From Dehalococcoidia bacterium (GTDB lineage Bacteria > Chloroflexota > Dehalococcoidia > Lucifugimonadales > SAR202-VII-2), in assembly GCA_965263165.1 (NCBI GenBank), contig OZ253584.1:245785-309784 (forward strand): a stretch of DNA of 64,000 nt, read 5' to 3'. How positions within the stretch are numbered: position 1 is the first letter of the stretch; the number at the start of each line of letters is the position of its first letter. The position numbers and the translations under genes were made by a program. Below, one piece after another: positions 46,835-54,273 of the stretch. The notes beneath the pieces were generated by a model. That model saw nothing but the letters and a program-made list of their open reading frames with translations, was not told the DNA's origin and made no database searches.

Positions 46835-48561
46835 CCCAGAAGGTCGAACCAGTCGCTCAGAGCCTGCCCCGCACTTGATGCGGGGCCGCCGTCTGCGGGC
46901 TCCTGCTCGGCGGGCGGTTCGACCGGCTCAGGCTCCGGCAGGACCAGGGCCTCGAAGGGGTCGTCGGCCCCGACGCTGGACGCCAGGGCCAGGGCCTCGT
47001 CGCGGCTCCCGGCGATGGGCGACCGCTCCACCGTCTCCGCCTTGACGTGCTCCGGGTGCAGCACGTCCACCGTCACCTGCTTGGCGATGGTGGCGCTGGG
47101 GACGTAGGCGTACGCCGTCGCGGTGGCGGACGCCGTGGCGCCGTCCTCGCAGGTGGCCGTTGCCGTCTCACTGTCGGAGTCGCTGTCCCCCGGGCGATGG
47201 AGGTGCACGGTCCTGGTGACTTGCTCCGTCCGCTCCGGGTGGTGGGTCAACTGCACCAGGGGCGGCAGCGGGATACGAAGGGCCGCCTCCAGGTCCGCCT
47301 CGACGATCACCTCGTGAACGGCGGCGCCCTCGCCGACGGCCACTCGGAAGCGGGTCTCGCCGTTGGGGACGAACGCGACGCTCGCCTGGGAGCCGCCGCC
47401 CGCGACCGTGAGGGTCCCGGCGATGCCCGTCACCTCGGCGCCCATCAACACCGTCTCGGTGACGCTGGCGTGTCCGGCCACCGTCTGAAGCTCCACCCTC
47501 TCCTCGATGGTGGATACGCACTCGGAGGCGACGGCTCCCTTGACGGCCCCCGGACTCCAGCCCAGGGAGACGACCCGCAGGTCGCAGAGCTCCCCGTCGA
47601 TGGCCGGAAGGGGGTACGGGATCTGTCCGCCTTCGACGGTGACGGCCCCGGCCTGCCCCAGCGTGTCCTCCCACGAGAAGGTGAAGGACGGGTTCGCGCC
47701 GTCCAGGGGGAGGGAGTAGTCGATGCGCTCCCCCTCGTCCAGGGAGGCCGAACCCCAGAACCGCAGCCAGCTGCCCTCCGGCCCGCCGAAGGCCCGCACC
47801 CGGAGGTCCAGGGGAGTGGCGGCCCGCAGGGTGACGGCGGCCCGGTCGCCGGAGACGGTGAGTCCCTCGACGAAGAGCCGCCGCCCTTCGACCGGCTCCG
47901 TCACCTCGAAGTCGATCTCGTCCCGCCAGGGCTCGTGGTCGTCGGCCAGGGCCGCCTGGGGGACGGCGACCGCCGCCGCGAGAGCGACGGCGGCCGCGAT
48001 TGCCAGGAAGCTCTTCGGGGGCTTGCTTTGCCGGGACTTCCGGCTCCCGTCCCCGTTGCCGTTTCCGTTGATGTTGTCCTTGTCCGTCCGCCTGGGCTTG
48101 CCGAACCAGCGGTGAGGGCGGAAGGGCATCCGCCCGCACGTCCGCTCCCGGCTCCCGCGCTTCGGGCGAAGGCGGCGCAGGGTCTTGCCCGCCCGCCTCG
48201 CCATCAGCCGCAGGGGGCCGGGGCCGCTCTTCACCGGCTGCGCCGGCGCGGGCGGCTCGCTGCGCACCAGCTCGGACGGCGGCCCTGCGTAGAGCCTCGC
48301 CCCAAGCCGGTACTTCAGCAGGTCGGCGGCCACCAGGGGCAGCCGCCGGCCGCCTATCTTCCCGACGACGGCGACCAGCCCCGCCAGGCCCAGGAGGACG
48401 GCAATCGCCATCCTCACCTCCGACGGCCCGACGGGGGCGTAGCGGTATGCGCCGTAGGACAGGGCGCACACCGCCATCATCGCCACGACCTGCGGGAAGG
48501 TGAACCCCAGCAGGACCTTGTCCTCGGCCTGTACGTGGGTTGGAACCTCGTGTTCTCTCAT
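46816..48561 (-). CDS. PrgI/VirB3-like membrane domain fused to a ~400-aa extracytoplasmic domain
   Basis: The N-terminus EDKVLLGFTFPQVVAMMAVCALSYGAY...GGRRLPLVAADLLKYRL is PrgI-like. It is followed by a basic linker, a third TM segment and a beta-rich Thr/Val/Ala domain. Confidence 0.55.
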   Translation of the reverse strand: MREHEVPTHVQAEDKVLLGFTFPQVVAMMAVCALSYGAYRYAPVGPSEVRMAIAVLLGLAGLVAVVGKIGGRRLPLVAADLLKYRLGARLYAGPPSELVRSEPPAPAQPVKSGPGPLRLMARRAGKTLRRLRPKRGSRERTCGRMPFRPHRWFGKPRRTDKDNINGNGNGDGSRKSRQSKPPKSFLAIAAAVALAAAVAVPQAALADDHEPWRDEIDFEVTEPVEGRRLFVEGLTVSGDRAAVTLRAATPLDLRVRAFGGPEGSWLRFWGSASLDEGERIDYSLPLDGANPSFTFSWEDTLGQAGAVTVEGGQIPYPLPAIDGELCDLRVVSLGWSPGAVKGAVASECVSTIEERVELQTVAGHASVTETVLMGAEVTGIAGTLTVAGGGSQASVAFVPNGETRFRVAVGEGAAVHEVIVEADLEAALRIPLPPLVQLTHHPERTEQVTRTVHLHRPGDSDSDSETATATCEDGATASATATAYAYVPSATIAKQVTVDVLHPEHVKAETVERSPIAGSRDEALALASSVGADDPFEALVLPEPEPVEPPAEQEPADGGPASSAGQALSDWFDLLGWEWPW

Positions 48562-48583
48562 GGCTCTTCTCCTTCCTCGCCGC

Positions 48584-48880
48584 CTAGTTGTCCGGTGTGG
48601 GCGCGGGAGTCGGGGCGGTCGGGTCGGGCACGTTGGGGTCCACCGGCGATCCTACGACCGCGTTCATCACCAGCTCGACGACGCCGTAGGCCACCATCGC
48701 CAGGACGATGCCCGCCAGGGCGGTCATCATTGCGCTCTTGCCGCGCTCCATCTGGTGCGGCGCTCCCGACGCGGTGAGGTACAGGTACGCGCCGTAGATG
48801 AAGAAGCCCACGCCGACGACCCCCACGATGCCCAGCAGGATGCCCACCAGGTTCGATATGGTCTGAGTCAGTGCTTCCAT
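48584..48880 (-). CDS. pilin-like conjugal transfer protein (VirB2-like)
   Basis: 98 aa with two TM helices flanking YLYLTASGAPHQMERGKSAM and a Pro/Thr tail. Confidence 0.5.
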   Translation of the reverse strand: MEALTQTISNLVGILLGIVGVVGVGFFIYGAYLYLTASGAPHQMERGKSAMMTALAGIVLAMVAYGVVELVMNAVVGSPVDPNVPDPTAPTPAPTPDN

Positions 48881-49054
48881 AGTCTTGTCTCCTCTCTGTC
48901 TTGACTGCCGGGCGTTTCCCCGCCCGGTCTTCGTCCGTCTCTATCAGTTCCGCCGTCTCCGCTTGCCTACCTGCACATCGCTCTCACCTCCTTCGTCCTG
49001 TTGTCGATGGGCGCAGGCCGCGCCCGCACTCCGTTGGGGTCGTCGTTGTCGGGG

Positions 49055-50035
49055 CTACTCGCCGCTGCTCCGGGGGGCGTCTCCGCCGCCGTCTCCGCCT
49101 GCCGATGGGGTCGCCATCGAAGCCGCAGAGCTGAGGCCGCCGGCGGCCGCCGACAGGCCCGCGCTGGCCGCCATCGCCCCCACCGCCATGCCTCCCGGAC
49201 CCCCGGCGGCTCCGCCCGCCAGCAGCCCGATGGTCTTGGCCGACCTGACCATCGAGGAGGGCAGGTTCATGCCGAAATAGAGCATCGAGAGCCAGGAGTC
49301 GAAGGTCCCGGCGTTGCCCAGCATCGACGGCACCCGGGTCGCCATGTAGACGAAGGCCAGGGACATGAGCAGCTTCCAGATCAGGTCCTGCACCGGCTCG
49401 AAGGCCGCTATCGCGGCGAACTCCCGCAGAAACCCGAATCCCAACGCCAGGGCGATGAGCTGGATGGCCTGCTGGAACACCGTCGTCATGAACAGGCGCA
49501 GCCACTGGCGGCCCCAGCCCGCCGTGTGGGGCAGTATCCACAGCCCCAGGGCGATGGGGGCCAGGGCCAGGAGGATGTCGATGAGGGCCAGTCGCAGCAC
49601 CATCTGCACGATGACGTAGAGGACGAAGAAGCCGTAGACCATGTAGAGAATGGCCAGGAGCAGCGCCATGCCCACGCTCCCAGCCTGCACCGCCGTCATC
49701 AACGTGCTCAGGGTCGAGCGCAGCATGTCCCCGGCGGTGACGCCCAGGGAGAAGGAGATAAAGCCGGACACGGCATCGGCCACGTCGATGACCAGGGCGC
49801 ACCACCACAGGGACGACGCGGCGGCCACCAGGCCCAAAACGAGGCGGGGGACCATCTCGCGCCACCCCGCATGGGAGCGGCCCAGGTGCTCGGAGATGAT
49901 GAAGCTCAGGCCCATCCAGCCGAGGATGACCACCAGGGCGGCGGAGGTGATGGCCCAGACGACCATCCACGCCTGCTGCACCAGCCAGTGGCCGTAGGTG
50001 AGATCGGGAGGGGTGCCGGTGATGATGTCGGCCAC
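49055..50035 (-). CDS. VirB6/TrbL-like polytopic T4SS channel protein
   Basis: Six or more TM segments and a Gly/Ala-rich C-terminal tail. GTG 50035 lies 5 nt after GGGGAGGG and 2 nt after the upstream stop. Start tentative. Confidence 0.55.
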   Translation of the reverse strand: MADIITGTPPDLTYGHWLVQQAWMVVWAITSAALVVILGWMGLSFIISEHLGRSHAGWREMVPRLVLGLVAAASSLWWCALVIDVADAVSGFISFSLGVTAGDMLRSTLSTLMTAVQAGSVGMALLLAILYMVYGFFVLYVIVQMVLRLALIDILLALAPIALGLWILPHTAGWGRQWLRLFMTTVFQQAIQLIALALGFGFLREFAAIAAFEPVQDLIWKLLMSLAFVYMATRVPSMLGNAGTFDSWLSMLYFGMNLPSSMVRSAKTIGLLAGGAAGGPGGMAVGAMAASAGLSAAAGGLSSAASMATPSAGGDGGGDAPRSSGE

Positions 50036-50037
50036 GT

Positions 50038-50697
50038 CTACCCTCCCCGGCAGTTGTCGGCGTCCTCGCCGGACGCCCGCTCGACAACTCCGCAGAGGGT
50101 CCCGTGGACTCCCTCGATGACCCACCCGGCGAAGGCTTTGGCCCAGCGCGCCGGGCTGAGGGCGGACAGAATCTTGTCCCAGATGCGGCCCGGCTGGTGG
50201 ATGGGGACGACGGCGTAGAAGTCGCCCCTCTTGCCGTCCTCGGCCTCGGCCAGCATGACCATCAGGTAGGCGCGGTCGCGGTCCAGCTCGGGGTGCTCGT
50301 CAAGGTCTGGGTACTCCCAGGAATACTCCCAGCCGTCGCTGCGCTTCTTCTCGCCGCCCTTCACCCGGTACATGGCGCTTATCCAGTCGCCGGTGTCGGC
50401 GTCGCGGACGGCGTAGAAGAGGTTTGCGATCTCCCGGTCGAAGACGGGGCGGGAGACGAACTCGCCGCCGCCCTTGCGCTCCACGAACTCCCGGTCGGCG
50501 TTGACCAGGACGATCTCGTTGCCGGGCGGGGACTGGGCCAGGGCGATGTTGCTTGTGGGGATTGCCAGAAGCGCTGCCAGCAGCAGCGCGGCGGCCAGGG
50601 GCATCAGCCTCCTGGCTCTGCCAAGGGACCTTCGGACCGTCGATTGCGCTCCCACGATTCGCCTCCTCTTCGCTGATGGGGCCGTCTGTTCTGCCAT
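50038..50697 (-). CDS. secreted/anchored protein, first gene of the T4SS operon, unknown function
   Basis: Signal peptide MPLAAALLLAALLAIPTSNIALA. No motif recognised. Confidence 0.45.
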   Translation of the reverse strand: MAEQTAPSAKRRRIVGAQSTVRRSLGRARRLMPLAAALLLAALLAIPTSNIALAQSPPGNEIVLVNADREFVERKGGGEFVSRPVFDREIANLFYAVRDADTGDWISAMYRVKGGEKKRSDGWEYSWEYPDLDEHPELDRDRAYLMVMLAEAEDGKRGDFYAVVPIHQPGRIWDKILSALSPARWAKAFAGWVIEGVHGTLCGVVERASGEDADNCRGG

Positions 50698-50726
50698 CGA
50701 GTCTGGGAAGTCGCGGGGCCGGACAC

Positions 50727-50772
50727 CATGCCTTATATGGGAGGACGCGCGAGTCCTCCCATATAAGGCATG
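50727..50772. promoter_or_regulatory. 20+20 bp perfect inverted repeat upstream of the T4SS operon
   Basis: CATGCCTTATATGGGAGGAC gcgcga GTCCTCCCATATAAGGCATG, located 30 nt upstream of the first T4SS gene. Confidence 0.6.
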
Positions 50773-50832
50773 GGAAGGAATGGGCCGGATGTGGTGTCAT
50801 ACCCGTGTACAGGGATTTGCTTCGGTGCCCAG

Positions 50833-50948
50833 AAGGGAAGTTTTGGGCTGTGGGCAACGTGAAACGGGCGTGAAGGAAGGGAAGTGAGGCCGAGCCTGCG
50901 AGCACTTTGGTGAAAGGGGTGGTTCCGACAGCGGCCCAAAAGGGAAGT
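50833..50948 (+). repeat. three copies of AAGGGAAGT in the divergent control region
   Basis: Copies at 50833-50841, 50877-50885 and 50940-50948. Copies 1 and 3 share GCCCA(G/A)AAGGGAAGT. Confidence 0.5.
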
Positions 50949-51059
50949 CGGGGATGGCGCGACATCGGAGCGAGCAATTGGACGGGGAGGTTGGAATCGG
51001 GGGTCGAAACCACCTACAGGACAGCCCCCTCCAGGACATGACTGCGAGGAGGTGCGACC

Positions 51060-51893
51060 ATGAATGAGCGGGTTGGGAACGGCAACGGGAGCGTGGACGC
51101 GGAGAGGTTACGGCGGCTCAGGCTGAGCGAGTTCCTGCGGGCCCTGGTTCGGCAGGAGGGCAAGATGGAGGCCGCCGAGCTGCTGGGGGTCAACCACAAG
51201 ACCCTGACGCGGGCCGAGGAGTCGGGTGAGATCACGGGGCGCATGGGCGATGCGCTGGAGCTGCTGCTGAGGAGGGCGGACGACGCCGAGGTCGCGCGGC
51301 TGCGGGAGGCGGTCGGTGCGCTGGAGGAGCGGGTGGCGGCGCTGGAGGGCGGCATGGAGACGCCTCCTGCGGCAGATGTGGAAGGCGGGGGTGAGAGCAG
51401 ACAGGTGGAGGGCGGTGACGAGGACGGTACCCAGGCCCAGGCGCAGGGCGGGAAGCACGAGGAAGGGGCGGGCCGGTCGGAGACCAGGGCCGCCCCTCCA
51501 ATGGCGGGTGTGCGCTCGAAGAAGCGGGCGACGCTGCGCAGGCTGGACCCGGAGGTGGTCACCGAGGAGCCCGCCGCCGCCGACCCGGAGGTCTACGGCG
51601 ATGCGTGGCCTCTGGTCGAGGAGTGGCGACGGCTGCAGGCCGGGCATCCCCACCAGGGGAAGAGCCTGTCGTGGCTCACGACGGAGGAGCGTCTGCTCGT
51701 GCTGGAGCTGGCTATGCTGGAGGAGCACGGGCTGACCCTGCCCCCGGAGACCCAGGCCCTGCGGGGCTTCGGACGCAAGGGTCAGATCAACCATCGCTGG
51801 AAGGCGCTGGCCGACACTCGGGTGGCGCTGAGGAAACGGAAGCTGCTGCGCTGGGTGCGGACGGTCCTCACCCTGTGGCTGTGGCGGAAGTAG
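51060..51893 (+). CDS. HTH-containing regulator-like protein (277 aa)
   Basis: MEAAELLGVNHKTLTRAEESGEITGRM is an HTH-like segment. It is followed by a coiled coil, an acidic low-complexity region and a conserved-looking C-terminus. Confidence 0.5.
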   Translation: MNERVGNGNGSVDAERLRRLRLSEFLRALVRQEGKMEAAELLGVNHKTLTRAEESGEITGRMGDALELLLRRADDAEVARLREAVGALEERVAALEGGMETPPAADVEGGGESRQVEGGDEDGTQAQAQGGKHEEGAGRSETRAAPPMAGVRSKKRATLRRLDPEVVTEEPAAADPEVYGDAWPLVEEWRRLQAGHPHQGKSLSWLTTEERLLVLELAMLEEHGLTLPPETQALRGFGRKGQINHRWKALADTRVALRKRKLLRWVRTVLTLWLWRK

Positions 51894-51923
51894 GCCCCGG
51901 AGCCGGCTCCGGGGCCGGTTTTC
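51893..51923 (+). terminator. intrinsic terminator
   Basis: GGCCCCGGAGCC/GGCTCCGGGGCC is a perfect 24-nt palindrome that starts in the stop codon, followed by GGTTTTCGG. Confidence 0.7.
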
Positions 51924-52121
51924 GGCGGTTGCTACATCGGAGCGAAGTGGGCGCTAAGTCGGTGCGAGCAATTTAGGTTGCGTTGGCCCGAAACAGGGTT
52001 TAGGGCCTTCCATTCGCTCGGTTGTTCGGGCGATAATTGACGCAGTTTCTGGCTTTTTCCAGTGTTTCCTGCCTAGAAACCTGGAGGATTCCCGTCCCCC
52101 GAATCCGGGACCGGCTGCATA

Positions 52122-52200
52122 GGATTGAGCCTTGCTCTCCGAACAGCCGCCCAGGGGTCAGACCGGAAGGATTGAGCCTCGCTCTCCCGAAGGCCGCCCC
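52122..52200 (+). repeat. two ~33-nt direct repeats with a 47-nt period
   Basis: GGATTGAGCCTTGCTCTCCGAACAGCCGCCC (52122-) and GGATTGAGCCTCGCTCTCCCGAAGGCCGCCCC (52169-). Confidence 0.6.
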
Positions 52201-52648
52201 GGAGGACACAATTCGCAGCGGTTGGAGCGTCTCTCGCTTCGGCCCCTCGGACACCTTGGTCGGAGTGCGCCCTGCACACTGGCCGGTTCCTCACGTCTGC
52301 GGCATGGTTCCTGTGGAACTGGCCGCAGCTTCACCACGCGCCGGTCTGCGATGAGGTCTTAGCTGGCTGGCCGCTTCCCTCGCAGCTTCCCAGGACGTTA
52401 CAGACGTAGCTCCCGGGTCTCGCTGCGTCTCTCACCGCGCCGTCCTGTGGTTGCTCTGCAGGCCGGTCGGTTCCCCCCATTTCATAGCAGCTCCCCCTGA
52501 GTCCATTCCCTGTGATGTGACCCTGGGCCGAGCTGCGTCTTTCTCACCACGGCGTCTCCCTGCGTTCGTCTCGTGGTCGGACTGCGTATGGCGGCGGAAC
52601 GGCAACACGGATTCACGGAGTCAACAGCAGCAAGGAGGTAACGACGGT

Positions 52649-53086
52649 ATGGCTACTGAACGGACGGACGGCAACGGCGAAGGAGGAGCGCACATGACGG
52701 AACGGTACACGGGACCGAGCGCGAAGCGGATCGCAGACCTGCTTCCGCACCGGGTGAGCTTCGAGCGGGGCTGGTTCTGGACGACGACGGCCATCTGTCA
52801 CGGCGGCAAGTCGGACGGGTTGGCGTTCAGGCAGCGACCGGACGGCAACGGCATCGACGTGCGCTGCCACACCGGGGGCTGCTCGGCCGGCGTGGTGATA
52901 ACCGAACTTGAGGCTCTCATCGGGCTGCCCATCTGGACGGCCTTCGAGCCTGTGAGCGACACCGCGGTCAAGGCCCCAGAGAAGCAACCGTGGTGGAAGC
53001 GACAGCGGGTCTGGGCGCCGACGGTGGTCGCCCCCTGGTCGTGGCGGCGCCGCTTATCACCGGCGACGTGGAGCTCTTCGTCCTGA
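52649..53086 (+). CDS. primase-type zinc-finger (CHC2/Prim_Zn_ribbon-like) small protein; 3' end doubtful
   Basis: ATG 52649 follows AAGGAGG. AICHGGKSDGLAFRQRPDGNGIDVRCHTGGC resembles C-x-H...(17-20)...C-x2-3-C primase zinc ribbons. The last ~32 codons are abnormally Trp/Arg-rich. Confidence 0.45.
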   Translation: MATERTDGNGEGGAHMTERYTGPSAKRIADLLPHRVSFERGWFWTTTAICHGGKSDGLAFRQRPDGNGIDVRCHTGGCSAGVVITELEALIGLPIWTAFEPVSDTAVKAPEKQPWWKRQRVWAPTVVAPWSWRRRLSPATWSSSS

Positions 53087-53297
53087 ACCTCGTCGGGCTG
53101 GGCATCGGAGCGCTGCTGCTCCGGCGGTTCATGGCTCGGCGTCCGGTAGGGAGGGTCCGTCGCCGCTGACGACAGGTCCTCCGGCTCCCTCATACCCATC
53201 CCAACACGCAAGGGTCGTCTCCATCCGGGGACGGCCCTTCTTCTTTGCCCGCAAGCGGGCGCAATCCAAAGGCAACACAACACAGAAGGAGGTCGTG

Positions 53298-53783
53298 ATG
53301 ACAACGGCAACATTGGCAACTGGCAATCGGACGATGACGGATGTTCGGCCTAGGCGCAGCCTCGAAGAGCTCGTCGACCGGCTCATTGCGGCGCTGTTCA
53401 AGGAGGAGGAGCCGGAGGCGGAACAGGCGACGGAGACACCGAGCGTGGCCAAGAGCCTCCACGAGGCGCGGCGGCTCAGGCAGGCGGGGGACGTGGATAG
53501 GGCGCTGGCGGTCCTCGCCGGCACGGACACGACGAAGGCTGAGCCGCATCAGGCTCGGTGGGCCTACGCCGAGTGGACGGATCTGGTGAAGCGGCGGTTC
53601 GGGGACCGGGACGCGCTGGTCTACAGCCAGGGCGCGGGACAGGCCGCCGCGCTGGTTCCCAGGGACGACGGCTCGCTTGAGGTCGCGGCGGTCCTGGGGA
53701 TGCGCTGGCGGCCCGGCAAGGTCGTCTCGGGGCGCAGCCTCCGGGGGCTGAGGCCCTTGGCGAAGGCTTGCCCTCGGCCCTGA
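53298..53783 (+). CDS. hypothetical protein (161 aa)
   Basis: ATG lies 5 nt after AGGAGG. Its N-terminus MTTATLATGNRT matches the N-terminus of the next gene. No family recognised. Confidence 0.45.
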   Translation: MTTATLATGNRTMTDVRPRRSLEELVDRLIAALFKEEEPEAEQATETPSVAKSLHEARRLRQAGDVDRALAVLAGTDTTKAEPHQARWAYAEWTDLVKRRFGDRDALVYSQGAGQAAALVPRDDGSLEVAAVLGMRWRPGKVVSGRSLRGLRPLAKACPRP

Positions 53784-54069
53784 CCGAAGAGTGGTTCTGC
53801 GCTGGCGTAGCCCAAGCAACGGTTGACGACTCGTGAGGCAAACGGGGCGCCTCAGTGCCCTGCTTGGACCCCGGGTCGTCGCCTTCTTGCGACTGCTTGC
53901 ACGGGCGCTCCGTTCCACCAGGCAGCGCCCCGCACGGGGGGCGTTGCCTCCTCCGCCCGCTCCCCTGCGGGTTTCCATCCCTCTTCCCCCAACCCCACAC
54001 GCGTCGCACAGGTCTTCTCCTCGACTCCGGCCGGGGGTGTGACCTGTGCCCGATGCACGACGGAGCCTG

Positions 54070-54141
54070 CCCCGGACTTGATTCCGGGGGCTTGCCCCGC
54101 ACACGGCCTTCCACAGAGGCCGCCCCGGACTTGATTCCGGG
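54070..54141 (+). repeat. two copies of the hairpin CCCCGGACTTGATTCCGGG
   Basis: Copies at 54070-54089 and 54123-54141. Each copy is itself a CCCGGA/TCCGGG inverted repeat. Confidence 0.6.
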
Positions 54142-54273
54142 ATGCCGCACCGGCCATTCGCCACGGCAACAACGCCACCCAAGGAGACAGTCCCGACCAC
54201 CGGGACAAGGCATCGAGCGGGACTGTCTCCGACAAGGGGGCCGTCCCGCTTCTTCATTACAGGAGGAAGCGAC

